Shown: piece by piece, positions 32,701-46,300 of the stretch
Layout of the letters: each line of letters begins with the position of its first letter
How positions within the stretch are numbered: position 1 is the stretch's first letter
Source: Nemertoderma westbladi
Lineage: Eukaryota; Animalia; Xenacoelomorpha
Assembly: GCA_032718475.1 (NCBI GenBank)
Contig: JAUCBJ010005827.1
Location: 1 to 64,000 of the forward strand
Direction: 5' to 3'
Length of the DNA stretch: 64,000 nt
The notes under the pieces: model-generated
Seen by the model: only the letters and a program-made list of their open reading frames with translations
What the model was told of the DNA's origin: nothing
The model's database searches: none
Position numbers and translations under genes: made by a program

Positions 32701-33726
32701 ACTACGAAACATACAAAACGTTATGGGTTTCCTGACTGCAAACAAATCTTCGTCATACACTCCATAGTCAATAACAATCTAACCGCTAAACGGTGTAATC
32801 GCATTTCTTGTCATTTCTCTATTATTACAGCTTAGACTACATTACTTTTTAACAGCCAATGACACTGCAGGTGCAGCTACACAGAGCCATAACGTTAGAA
32901 ACAACTCAGCCATAATATTATTGGTGGTTAATACGGTAAGCACACACTGAATAGAATAATAGAATACCGATAATATGAAGGTATTTATTTAAAGTTGTTA
33001 TTTACGTTCAATGTGTGGTTACATAGTTTGACTTTACAGTACCAATGTATGTACGTACCGTACCCTCTTGCTTGATATGTTTTATATAGATAATGTTTTA
33101 TATACCATGGCTAAAGAACTTCAAACATTTATTAGTCGAAATTAATCGATCCTTGGAAACACCGACGGAAAGATTCCTTGAGCTGCAGTTACTTCCAAGT
33201 GACTTCTTATAGATTTAGTAGATTTTCCATCTACTCCGTTAAATATTGATAACCTCAATGCTGACATGAACGCAGCTGGAACATTAGATAGTGACGATAT
33301 AACCACTCTGATAAACGGCTTGTGCTACGGTGTTGAAATTGGATATAGAGGTCCACAAGATTGTCAGGTGACGAGAGGGAATAATAACAGCGCCCTTGAA
33401 AACGCAATTATAGTCGACGACTTGCTTGTCAATGAAGTCAGTAACGGTTACCTATGAGGACCTTTTCGCAAACGCCCTTTGACAAGCAAAACCCAGGTGC
33501 TACAAATCGTTAACGCATTGACTCTCAGCCTCACTGAATGTAAAAAGCCGCGATTATGCATTGATTGCACCAATCATTCTAATGGGACTGTTAACAGTTT
33601 CATAACCGACAAGGATGCGACCGTTGTATATACAACTGTTGACAACATAGTGAAGGGTGTTCGTGGGAGGGGCGCACTCATCGGGAAAATGGACGTTAAA
33701 GACGCCTTTAAACCCCTACCTATACA

Positions 33727-34945
33727 GGAACTCAGGAAATACAGGAGCTCTATACAAGACTGTAATGCATTTACACTACGACCCTTCTCCAGTGATCACC
33801 GCCTTATTGTGGCCAAGGTAAGACTTAGTCTGCGTGCTAGCAGAACAACGAAATCTGCCTTGCCTGCTTGTATAGAAGTAAAAGTGTCTGAGTCTGTACT
33901 CCCAGATATTCCCATTGGTGATATCTCCTTTGCAGAAGTGAAGGCTGCTGCAAAGAGCATTAAGACCAATCGTGCCAGTGGAGTAGATGGTGTTCCCCCT
34001 GAGGTCTTTAAAATACCTGAGTGTTTAAAGCTCATCTATCCCATCATAGTAGACATGTACCGAACAACAAGAGTCCCACAAGAAATGAAAACAAATAAGT
34101 TGGTGCCAGTTCCCAAGAAAGGCAACCTAACACTCTATGGTTCTTTTCGGGGAATCTCATTGATCTAGATTGCTGCAAAGCTATACAATAGAATTATATT
34201 AAATCGCATCAGGGATCCCATTGAGAGACTGCTCCGTGGAAATCAGAATGGGTTCCGTAAAGGTCGTGGGACCATGGAGCCCATTTTGGCACTTAGAAGG
34301 ATAATTGAAGAGTTATCAAAAAAGAAAGACAGGCATCTGGCTGTTATCTTTGTTGACTTCTTCGATGCCTTTGATTCAGTCTCTCGTTCACGTAATTTCA
34401 GCATACTTTCATTATATGGGATTCCTGATGAAATTATTGCAGCAATCAGATCAGTATACGATGGTTCGACAACATTTGTGTCTACTGTTGACAGTGACAC
34501 AGAACCATTTGAAGTGTTATGGGGCGTCCTCCAGGGAGACACACTTGCACCATTCTTGTTCATAATTGTAGTTGACTATGTTCTACGCATGTCCTTAGAT
34601 GATAATGATAATGATGATGGGGTGATGATATCTCCACCTACTGGCTCCAGAAGTCGAGGAAATCCTGCCAAGTACCTAACTGATCTAGACTTTGCTGATG
34701 ACTTAGGAGTACTCTCAGAATCACTAGAGGGAGCCCAACGGCTCCTCGGCTCATTAGAACATGCTGCTTCTAGTGTTGGTCTTTTTATTAACTCCAGAAA
34801 GACCAAAATTTTGACAGTTAACTTTTAAAGTCCTCAGCAAGTCTCTGATCGGATGAGCATAAGCTCAAAAGATGGTATGCTTGAGCATGTGGATGACTCC
34901 TGTTACCTGGGATCATGGATCCGGAAGTCAGGTGAGGACCTTCGA
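33727..34945 (+). mobile_element. RTE-clade LINE fragment (EN end plus RT) inserted in the DIRS/Ngaro RT
   Basis: SSDHR, ASGVDGVPPE, VPVPKKGNL..FRGISL, QNGFRKGR, FVDF..AFDSV, GVLQGDTLAPFLF, DLDFADD, YLGSWI. Confidence 0.9.
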
Positions 34946-36232
34946 ATCCTTTTAATGCCTGCAACACATGAGTTAGCTACCGATGCCACATTAACTGCTA
35001 TAGGTGCGGTATGTGGGACCCAGTGGTTTAGCTTGGTTTTCCCAGAATGGTTACAGGCGACGGAGAATAACATTGTGTTCAAGGAACTCACAGCTGTAAT
35101 ATTAGCAATTACGGTTTGGGGGAGCCAATTTTGTGGTCAAAGGTTGTTGTTACACACAGACAATCAGACTAATATTGGAGCATTGGCCAAAGGTAGTACA
35201 TCGTGCAGGCCGCTAATGGCACTCATAAGATACATGTATTACCACTGCATGAAATATGGAATTATGGTGTACATCAACTACGTGAATACACACGACAGCC
35301 GCGCACCTGATTTACTTAGCAGGTTAAAAATAGACGTTTTCAAGGCTGAATTCTCAAACATGACCGAGAGACCAACTGATGCTCTATCGCCGTGGTCGGA
35401 AATATCGGAATTTGTCAAAGATGCATTTTTTTTATAAGAAACAATTCATTAAAACGATACAAATTATTAACGAAAGATCCGTTAGAAATGCATGTTGCTT
35501 TTTTGTTATTATCATTTTTTTATATATAAGAAACTATATATTTCATTTAAAATGATAGTATGTATGAGAATTACAAGCAATATTTCACTTTACACAGTTT
35601 TTTAATCAGCCCGGTGGATACGTGGCAAGGCATGCCCGTAGACTATGACTACTGTACTCCATTCCAAGATACTTATGTATAACAGTGTTTACATCCTGTG
35701 TTCGCGTAGCCTGTGCCCAGAAGGACTTATGAAAAGGGGTGCGTTGGCTGTAGCAATAAGGTCAGGATAAGGACAAGTACCGCTGCAGGGCTCTATATGG
35801 GCATATCAGGTTGCCAATTTTTGCAACAAGGCATTTGATGCTCGAGTGAGTTGTTTTTGTCTGCTTCAATACTATGACGAAATGGCGAGGATACATTTGC
35901 ACATCATCGCGCTTCAATCGTACTAATTCAGAGACACGCAATTAAATTAAAATTAAATTTTTTTCAATAATTATTGAAAAAAATTACTTGTTATGGATGT
36001 TCCAAATTAGCCTGATGCTTAGAATAGACTACTGTGTTTTGTCACAGTTTTATTATAACTGGAGGCCTAGATGCCTAAAGTCTGACAGTACATTTCCAGA
36101 ATAATTGTATTCTTGTAACAACACTATACATGGTTTGAAATTCCTCATAGGAATGTACAACGTTGTTCTTTCCTATAAGTGACTGAAAAAGGCCTAAATA
36201 TGATAGCCCACTCCAAAGCGAATAACTCGTCT

Positions 36233-36331
36233 ACCGCCCTGTTAGATCAGTGGTCTTAGGACACACACTCGGCTGATGATAACCGGAAGTTTGAAACCTG
36301 GGTAACGGGTTCGAGCCCCAATAGGGGCGGT
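36233..36331 (+). other. tRNA-derived sequence (SINE head or tRNA pseudogene, Asn-like)
   Basis: A-box TAGATCAGTGG, B-box GGTTCGAGCCC, complementary ends ACCGCCCT/GGGGCGGT, TCGGCTG..TAACCGGAAG resembling the tRNA-Asn anticodon arm; insertions break a canonical cloverleaf. Confidence 0.5.
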
Positions 36332-36808
36332 TGAGATTTTTCGCTATGGAGAGCATTATCATAATCTACTATAACATATATTTAATTCGCTATCACCCAC
36401 CCCACAACAATTCATTTATAATGAATTCGTACTTGACTCGACTTTAAACTGGACAGCGAATGTGGTGGTATTCCTTTGTAGGCAAATCCATATTTCAGTA
36501 CATTAAGTATACATTTCGTAAATAATTAATTTGTTAATACATTATACAGATATAAATTATGGGTGATGTACCTGAATAATAATATAGCGCAACCTTGATG
36601 CTTGCTCAATGCTTGCGCACTGGCTGCCGTAATTGTTACCAATACCATGCTAAATTTAGGTGGGATCTAAACTCACATTCGGGACTTTAGGACTTTATTG
36701 TACTTGTCATATTGTACCCGGAGTTGTTTTAAATGTGTAATGTTTGTGCACACATACAGAGATTTTGTGTCCTCAGCAATTAGAAAGCAATGTAAATTTG
36801 CTCATAGT

Positions 36809-37543
36809 TGTACTGGTGTTGATATGGTGTAGTACTGGAGTTGATATGGTGTAGTACTGGAGTTGATATGGTGTAGTACTGGAGTTGATATGGTGTAGTA
36901 CTGGAGTTGATATGGTGTAGTACTGGAGTTGATATGGTGTAGTACTGGAGTTGATATGGTGTAGTACTGGAGTTGATATGGTGTAGTACTGGAGTTGATA
37001 TGGTGTAGTACTGGAGTTGATATGGTGTAGTACTGGAGTTGATATGGTGTAGTACTGGAGTTGATATGGTGTAGTACTGGAGTTGATATGGTGTAGTACT
37101 GGAGTTGATATGGTGTAGTACTGGAGTTGATATGGTGTAGTACTGGAGTTGATATGGTGTAGTACTGGAGTTGATATGGTGTAGTACTGGAGTTGATATG
37201 GTGTAGTACTGGAGTTGATATGGTGTAGTACTGGAGTTGATATGGTGTAGTACTGGAGTTGATATGGTGTAGTACTGGAGTTGATATGGTGTAGAACTGG
37301 TGTTGATATGGTTTAGTACTGGAGTTGATATGGTGTAGTATTGGAGTTGATATGGTGTAGTACTGGAGTTGATATGGTGTAGTACTGGAGTTGATATGGT
37401 GTAGTACTGGAGTTGATATGGTGTAGTACTGGAGTTGATATGGTGTAGTACTGGAGTTGATATGGTGTAGTACTGGAGTTGATATGGTGTAGTACTGGAG
37501 TTGATATGGTGTAGTACTGGAGTTGATATGGTGTAGTACTGGT
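36809..37543. repeat. 22-bp minisatellite, about 33 near-perfect copies
   Basis: TACTGGAGTTGATATGGTGTAG repeated. Confidence 0.97.
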
Positions 37544-37609
37544 TTTGATGCCCAAATATAATTGTTTTACTGCTATTATAATAATGGAACCTAAAATTCC
37601 GATGTATAT

Positions 37610-40600
37610 ATTTTTTTTTTTTAACACTATACTTAAACATGAACTATATTATCAAATGAGCAAAAGGCGGGAAATTTAAACCATACAAGGGAATTAAATA
37701 ATATAAAATAATTAAACTGATTTTGAAATTGTTTATGATACCGGTATGAGTTACTGACTCTACTGTCCCACCCTTGTGTCGGCGTTGGCCAGCAAGATGG
37801 ACGGCGATGCTTCTGCCCCAACAAATACTGGGCGTTTCCGTGCCGATCTCGACCCTCTTATGCACATCAGGGAGGCCCCCATCAGCGCGAAGCTGAACTG
37901 CCTCCGCACCCAGCTCACGCACTCCGAGTAGCGCAGCTCGCGCCGGTCCGCCAGCTTTGAAGCGAGGTGCTTCACGAACAGCGTCGTGGAGGGAGATATT
38001 CCCCCCAACGCTGAGAATATCAGCGGGGTGAACGTGGCGTGCTCGACTTCCCGGATCCGTTCCAGATATTTGTTGCGTTTCCGGGTTTCGTGGAATAGGT
38101 GGGCTGCGTCGACGTCCATTGCGGCGTTGGTCGGGGCGAGGGGGTTGAAGACGGATACATCTATGTACGTCTTTTGATATCGATTCCCCCAGAACCCGGA
38201 GACCGACACGTCCAACCGAGCTTGTTGGTCCACGGAAGTGGACGTGCGGGAGAACTGCTTGCCGGTGATTGGCTGCAGGTGCGGCTCGATGGCAACGTTA
38301 TGAGCGACCTCGGTTAACGTTGTGGCGACGAAATCCCGGAGCTCGTTGTGCCTAATTGACGGGTAACCGCCGGTGGGACAAGACAAGATGTGGTTTGTTG
38401 AAAATCTTGTCCCACAGGCACAACGGGCTGGGAGCGACTCGGGCTGCCACCCATAACGCAGACACAATGTGTTGCGGAACTCCTCTTTAGTTAGGTGGGT
38501 ATCGTGGAGGGTTATGGGGCGTGCGTTGAGCCAGGCCGAGGCGCCAGGTTCCGCCACGAGCTCCGTCAACCTCCGTTGATTCTCAGGTAGGTCCGAACTA
38601 ACCGACTCCACCTTCTCCTTCAGTGCCGGCACGGCCCTCTCCTTGATCCGGGTGGCGATGAACTTTTGCGCCTCCCTTATAGCGACCGGTTCCACGACCT
38701 CCGTAAACGGTTCGCAGATCCACCTGGAGTTGCCGTTTTCGATTCGTAGGTCCTCGGGAGTCGGGATCGCTAGCCCGCCGTGGCGAACTGGTAGCGAGAG
38801 CAGCCCGCGCTCCTCGGGAGTGATGACGGGGCGGTTGGTCAGGCCCTGGAGGAACTGGACGACGGACTCCTCGAGCTTCTCGAAGAAATCCATGGCCCCC
38901 GGGACAACCCTTGCGATGAACCTCCATCGAGCAACTAATCCGATAGCTAGGCCGGCGTAGGCACAGTGCGGGTCGATTGCTGCGACCTCGCTGAGTTGAT
39001 GTAACTGGGCGACAAACTCGTCGACCTTCTTCCGGACGAACTCCTCCCGGTACTCGGCGTTCCCGATCACTCCACCGAGGAGATTGTTCCCAGCAGTCCC
39101 GATGGTAAAACATTCCTCAGGGAACATCCGCTTAGCTCCTCCAGCAGATCCGGCTTTACGAGCAAGTGACACTTTGTGGGGTTGTAACCGTACAGCGGCC
39201 CTCGTTCCGCCAACAGGTCCCAGAACTTACGGAGCTCTACCAATGTTCCCGCCGCATTCTAGTCATCGGCATACCACTTCTGAAGGACCTCCGACGCGTC
39301 GTCCAGCTCGCCGATCAGCGGCATCGATCCCATCGCGTACATCTACATAGCAATGGGGTCGCCCTGGGTTGATCCTTCGGCCGATAATATGAACTCCCCG
39401 CCTATGTAAAGCTTCGTTGGGAGGGAGTAACAGTTCGATACAACGGTGTGGAGAGAGGGACAGACATGGCGGATATTGTGCAGTGCTGCGGCGCGGTTCA
39501 ACGAGTTGAACGCGTTGTTCGCATCCACCTGCAGCACCGCCTCGCAGTCGTCGCTCGCAAACGTGTCATTCAGGCTGTGGATGGCGTGCTCGATACCTGC
39601 CTTCTGGCCGCAGCACATCTGGGTGGTACCGCCCACGCTCTGGAGATCCTCCGAGATACAGCTAATAATAGCCTTCCCGATGACCCTCCGCAAGACCTCT
39701 CCGACTCCTATTGGGCGGACCCCGGGACACTTATCGATAGCGACGAGACGGGCGGCTAGCAAGGATGCCAGCTCGCGCGGGTCATTCGAAGATTGGGCCA
39801 TCCTCTTCGCCGTATTTGCGATGCTGGTGCACAGGTCGACAGAAGGGTTGCGGAACCGTGTCGCGAGGTGCTTCCAGCCCTGGACATCGAGACCAGATGG
39901 CCCTCCTGCTGTTCCCCGGAAGCGCAGAAACATCGATTGGATCAACTGAGCGTCTATCCTCTCGAATATGACGCTGTGATATTCGGGAGCGTCATCAGAC
40001 TCACCGATAAGGGTGGACTCGTGGGCTGGAGCTGGAGGGGGGTGTTTGTCCAGGAGGAACTCGCGAACCGACTTGCGAACCCCATGTTTGTCGGTGATTA
40101 CCTCATCCAGGTTCAACACTTGACCCTTGGCCATCTCATCCAGCGTACGCACTGCCGCAGAAACGTTTCCCGTTAACATATGCTTACAGAAAGCCCTCTC
40201 CGCCGCGGTATTCCTGAGTTGTTTGGCCCGGGCCGAAACCTTTGGGAGGTGGGATTGTATGGCCCTGGCCTCGTTAAACAGCTCGATAATCTCGCCTGAC
40301 TTCCACGAAGAAATACGGCGTTCTAGAATTCTCCGGTGGGTCGCGGTGGTTGAAGTGCGGCTGGGCTTCTGTAGCAGCAGAGCGGGTAAGATAAATTGCG
40401 CGGTGAGCGCCGCCTCGCCAGATAGTGACCCTGCATTAAACATATTTAGCAGCCGAGTCATCTCCTGAACCACTTCGCGTCCGATCGCACCGGGGGGTAG
40501 GAGGAATAGGTTGGGGCGCCAATGTACGATCGCGTCGTGCACCTTATGGACTGATTCGGCGAACACGTCTAAATGTAAGCTGGTCCCAAACCAGGCAACA

Positions 40601-42623
40601 GCATTAGACCCGTGCCCCCTAGCGGTAGGAGGCACTGTAGTGTTTGGCGACACTGGGGGACCGGACTGAGCACCAACCGCCGAAGGTCGACCAGACTGAG
40701 CATCAGCCGATACTGGGGGACCCGACTGAGCACCAACAGACACAGGTTGACCCGACCGAGCACCATCCGACACTGGGTGACCGGACTGCGCGCCAACCGC
40801 CGCAGGTTTACCCGACTGAGCACCAACCGACACTGGGGGACCCGACTGAGCACCAACCGACACTGGGGGACCCGACTGAGCACCAACCGGCACAGGTTGA
40901 CCCGACTGAGCACCAACCGACACACGTTGACCCGACTGAGCACCAACCGACATGATGGGACCCAACTGAGCACCAACCGACACTGGGGGACCCGACTGAG
41001 CACCAACCGGCACAGGTTGACCAGACTGAGCACCAACCGACACAGGTTGACCCGACTGAGTACCACCCGACACAGGTTGACCCGACTGAGCACCAACCGA
41101 CACTGGGGGACCCGACTGAGCATCAACCGACACTCCGGGACTCGACTGACCACCAACCGATACTGGAGGACCCGAATGAGCACCAACTGACACTGGGGGA
41201 CCCGACTGAGCACTAACCGGCACTGGGGGACTGGACTGAGCACCAACAGGCACTTCGGGACCAGAATGGGCGCCAACCGACACAGGTGGACCCGACTGAG
41301 CAGCAACCGACAGAGGTTGACCCGACTGGACACCAACCGACACTGGGGAACCTGACTGAGCACCAACCGACACGGGGGGACCCGATTGAGCACCAACCGA
41401 CACAGGGGGACGCGTCTGAGCACCAACCGACACAGGTTGACCCGAATGAGCACCGATTGACACCAGGGGAACCGACGCAGCACCTACCGACACTGTGGGA
41501 CCCGACTGAGCACCAACCAACACTGGGGGACCCGACTGAGCACCAACCGACACGGGGGGACCTGACTGAGCACCAACCGACACGGGGGGACCCAATTGAG
41601 CACCAACCGACACTGGGGGACCCGACTGTGCACCAAATGACACTGGGGAATCCGACTGAGCACTAACCGACGCTGGGGGACCCGACTTAGCACCAACCGA
41701 CACTGGGGGACCCGACTGAGCACTAACCGACACTGGGAGACCCGACTGAGCACCAGCCGACACTGTGGGACATAACTGAGCACCATCCGACACTGGGGGA
41801 CCCGACTGAGCACCAACCGACACTGGGGGACCCGACGGGGCACCAACCGACACTGGGGTACCCGACTGAGCACTAACCGACACTGGGAGACCCGACTGGG
41901 CGCCAGCCGGCACTGTGGGACCTAACTGAGCACCATCCGACACTGGGGGACCCGACTGAGCACCAACCGACACTGAGGGACCCGACGGGGCACCAACCGA
42001 CACTGGGGGACCCGACTGAGCACTAACCGACACTGGGGGACCCGACTGAGCACCAACCGACACTGAGGGACCCGACTGAGCACCAACCGACACTGGGGGA
42101 CCCGACAGAGCATCAACCGACAATGGGGGATCCGACTGGCTAGGAACCGATATTAGAGGATGGGATTGGCTTACTTTGTCCCCATTTATGGTATCGTCTA
42201 AGTCTAACAGAGTGTCGTTGCCGGATATACCGAATGCGCTATCCGTTGGCTGAGAAAGGGTCCCTAGCGCAGGCATCGGCAAGGCGTCTCTAGTTGGCTG
42301 GGGTTGTGAGCAGGAAAGTTGAGAGACCGCACTGGAGGACCGCGCTACTTGTCCACCAGAGTTCGTACAGTTTCCCCACTTAGAAGGCGCGCAGTCTGTG
42401 CATTTTCTGCCCGTACGGGCGCACACGCACTTCAAACATCGGCCCGCTTTAGGGTTGCAACCGCAACAGACCACCATCGAAAGATTCAGTCGTCTCTACT
42501 ATATACTATCCTTGTCCGCGACTGTTCTTTTAAACCGCAGCACTCACAAGGGGCGGATCGCTTCCAATTATCGGCAAACTACAAAGGCTCAGTATAATCA
42601 GTACTGTGTGTACATGTATGTAT
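37610..42623 (-). mobile_element. Near full-length CRE-clade non-LTR retrotransposon (RT plus restriction-like endonuclease), inactivated
   Basis: N-terminal Cys cluster; RT GVRPIGVGEVLRR, DANNAFNSL, GSTQGDP, WYADD; CACG..HILSC..RHNELRD, RLD..YIDV..K..KY..FTPL RLE domain; two TAG stops (39343, ~39259) and a frameshift near 39140; poly(A) at 37611-37622; candidate TSD GATGTATAT at 37601 and 42624. Confidence 0.88.
40640..42135 (-). repeat. In-frame 30-bp coding minisatellite (about 50 x SVGAQSGPPV) in the CRE ORF
   Basis: CACTGGGGGACCCGACTGAGCACCAACCGA units with no frameshift or stop in the ORF frame. Confidence 0.95.
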
Positions 42624-43381
42624 GATGTATATTTAGTGACTTCCAAATCCTAGACAGCCCATTTTACTAATGGCACCAGTGAAACTGAAAATAAGGACTT
42701 GGGAAGAAATATATGAATAAGAAAAGTAGGTGTATTAAATAAATTACAGAAAAGTGTGCTCTTTGATATTGTTTGATTACATAAATTTTTGAATTACATT
42801 GCAAGTTTGTTGCCCAATAATGTTTCACTTTCTTACTTATTATATAAATAATATATATATATATATAATAGTTTAATACATATTATTCCAAAGTGAAGAC
42901 TGATGAAACTCATTGGCCATATTGATATAAATAGTATTAAATGATGGATGGCCCTACTACTAATACTGCAACATGACCAAATGCTAGAATCGTGTGGCTC
43001 TATGATTTACCACTACTACTACCAGTGGTCAGGCTAACCTCTTACTTCATGGACTTTTTGGCAGGATTATATGATGGCTTTATTATAATAATAGCTTTAT
43101 AATACCTACATTGAATTGATTGATATCAATTGCGACTTTTAGATGTTAATAGTTATTGACATATTGCACATTGAAAACACATTCATCTAATTTTATTAAT
43201 ATTTTAATATTAATTTAATTTTAATATTAGTTAACTAATATTACACTAAATTTAACCATTCCAGATCGACCGAACTACGAACAAAGGAATTTATTGTACT
43301 ATAGGCATTCTATATATAGACATTCTACACTAACAACTAACAATAATTCAAATAATTATACTTTTTAATATTGTTGTTGAT

Positions 43382-46300
43382 ATGGATCCTAAGAGTATCA
43401 AAGCCATAGTAACAGGAGGAGCTAGTGGCATTGGTAAAGCTATTTGTAATGTTGTAGTAGAAGGAGGAGGTAAAGTTTGTATTATAGATGTTGCTGAAGA
43501 TAATGGTAAAGAAGTGGCCAATGAATTAAACAAAGGGAAACCTGAACAAGTTGCGTTCTTCATCAAAGGTGACGTCACCGATTATGAAGGACTTGAAGGT
43601 AAATAATTGAATTACATAGTTACATAATTACATTATTATTGTATAATTATATAATTATCAGATGTTTGGTGAATAGGATAGAGTAGAATAGGAATTGCAT
43701 TCATTTCATTTGTCTACAAATGAAGCAGTAATAATGTACAATAATGGTGTGGGCTCTGTCACTTTAATGTCCTCGTGTTGGAGTCTCTTCTGTAATGGTA
43801 ATGTAATAACACGAAAGTATTAATTAATACAATGACGCATTTAAGAGGGGATGGCACTTGTGGCTAAAAAGGCTATTTCTTGAACAGTTGAACACAAAAA
43901 GGCCCAAAAAGTGCCGTTTTAGGACCCAAATCATTTTTAGTAAACATCATGTTCCATCAACTGATTTCATCAAGAATTGTTCGAGAAATAGACTGTTTCG
44001 TGAAAAATATACATCCTGATATAAATGGATTTAACGTTTATGGAAAAATTCAAATTTTCCCGCTATTACATTTTTATTAATTGCATTATTATTAAATACA
44101 CTTCACTTCAAGAACGCAGAAGTAGTAGATATCCGGCAACTACAGTCACAGACACCGACTTTGCGACATCGCCCTGCTCTCTAATACGCTAGCAGATGCA
44201 CAGCTTCTACTAAATAAAGCGGAGAGGGCTGCATTGGATTGCATATAAATGCTACCAAGACCGAATTCATGACCTCTAATGTTGATGGAAACTTGACAAC
44301 CATTGACAATAATCAACTAAGGAAGGTTGACGAAAGCAAAGGTTTGGGTAGCTCTATCAAAAATGGATACAATCTGGAAATCAGATCTCTCCAGGCACCT
44401 GAAGACTAAGTTCTTTTGAGCCACAGTGGAAAGTGTATTTTTATACGGGGGTGAGACCTGGACACTGACTAAAACACTTGAACAACGAATTGATGGTTGC
44501 TACACTAGACTACTAAGGGCAGCCCTAAACATCAGCTGGAGACAACACATGACAAACGCCGAGCTTTATGGTACAATACCACCTGTATCAACCACCCTCC
44601 GTGAACGCAGATTAAGATTCAGTGGGCACTGCTGGCGAAGTAAAGACGAGGTCATACCAGATCTACTTTTCTGGCAACCAACTCATGGAAAGCGTAGTCG
44701 TGGACGACCGGCCATAACATATATAGATCAACTTGAAAGGGATACTGAACTTGGGAGAAACGAAATTGCGACAACTAGGAAGAATCGGGAAGCCTGGAAG
44801 GATCTCATTTCCAATGTCCGAGTTCGCTCGACCTAGTAGTAGCAGTAGTACATTTTTATAGCTAAAAATGTAACAAATAAAACAATCATTTAGAAATTTT
44901 ATTTCATATTTTACCTTTTACTTTATTCATATTTTACTTTCTAATTAAATGTAATTTGATGATATCTCGAGAACCGATCATCGAATTTTTTTTTAAACAT
45001 TGTAATTGTTTTTTAATTGTACAGTTTGGTGAATTGCATCCAGCGATATATTATCAATATTTCGGTTGACAGGTACCGGTGAAATCAGACTTAACCAAAA
45101 AAATGTCAAGCCAATATCAATGTGCACAAACAAACAGACAAACTGACGTTTTTTTTTACAGCAATAAATCGTAACGGTCTTCTAATAAAATCGTGCTGCT
45201 GGAAGTCTTGTCAAAAAAAAGACAAGTCCTTAAGTTGTATCCCATAACTCGAGTTTGAGAAAAGTTATGAGAAAAATGCTTTCAGATTATATATTTCATT
45301 TAAGTAATTCGGAAAACAACAGAATCTACATTCTACAATTTATAAAAATAAAATGGTGCTAACCCCCCCTTGATGCGGAATAGTTCCTAATAGTGTCATC
45401 TAAAACAACGTCAAGTAGGCAGTGGAATAACTTTTAAGGATGTAGTGAAAGATAGTTTGATTGATTGTATATTCGTGGACTATGCCGATAAAAACAATTA
45501 CTACAAATAAACAACAACAAACAAAATAGCGCAATATCTTTCATTAAGTCAGAACAACAGAAAATCCATGACACCCCAGATTGGAGACCTGTATTTAGAC
45601 CGTAATAACCGCAAGCAAGCAAAGCTTGGTGTTGGTGTAGATACAAAACTAACAAACTGACAAATTGACAACAATGGTTATGAAGCCCTTGGCCTATGCA
45701 ATGCCAATATCTGCCGTGTTTCCATATCGAGAACTTCACTATGATCTCGAGAGAACATTGGTGATAGATAATCTTTAAAAGTCAGTTGTTCATGAAGAGA
45801 ACCCATAATATGGATAAAAAATTAATACTATGATGTCGTACGTATATTAGAACAACTAGCATTATTGATGCTATAAGTTGACAGCACACGATTACTGGAC
45901 TACATAAACATAAAACATTGTCAGCTCCAGCGCCAATAAAAAAAAAAAAGAAAAATACAATTCTCAGCTGCACAATGCATAAAGAAATAACAACATATAT
46001 TATACATCATAGATTTGAGTAGTTACAATTTTATTGATATAGGTTAAGTTACATATTCGATTATAGCAATAACAATGTATTTCTAAGTTTGGTAGCCTTA
46101 CTAATAAAGATAGATAGATTTTTTACTTCAGATCTGGACTGGGATGATAATAATTTGCGGTACTTAAAAACGGATGGAAATAATTGATAATACATTTTAA
46201 TAAATTCTATTCTTAGTTCTCTGTATGCGGGACAAATCAGTAAAAAATGAAGTTCATCCTCAATTTCTCCAGAGTTACAGATTCGACACAATCTCTCGGA

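Larger units (their letters stand above)
30730..35440 (+). mobile_element. Fragmented DIRS/Ngaro-type retroelement (gag-like, RT, RNase H) interrupted by RTE pieces and repeats
   Basis: RT: NGLCYGVEIGYRGP..NNNSALEN..EVSNG.*GPF, PRLCID..TVNSFI..VVYTTVD..GRGALIGKMDVKDAFKPLPI (33266-33725); RNase H: LATDAT..IGAV..WF..NIVFKEL..VWG..HTDNQ..DLLSR (34945-35437); gag-like KKFIELS and VDRDHRLR (31144-31900). No tyrosine recombinase recognised. Confidence 0.75.

Noticed and set aside
36780-37640. 286-aa and 104-aa minus-strand ORFs
   Set aside because: Translations of the 22-bp minisatellite.
40569-42116. Arg/Cys-rich alternative-frame ORFs over the 30-bp repeat
   Set aside because: Off-frame readings of the CRE coding minisatellite.
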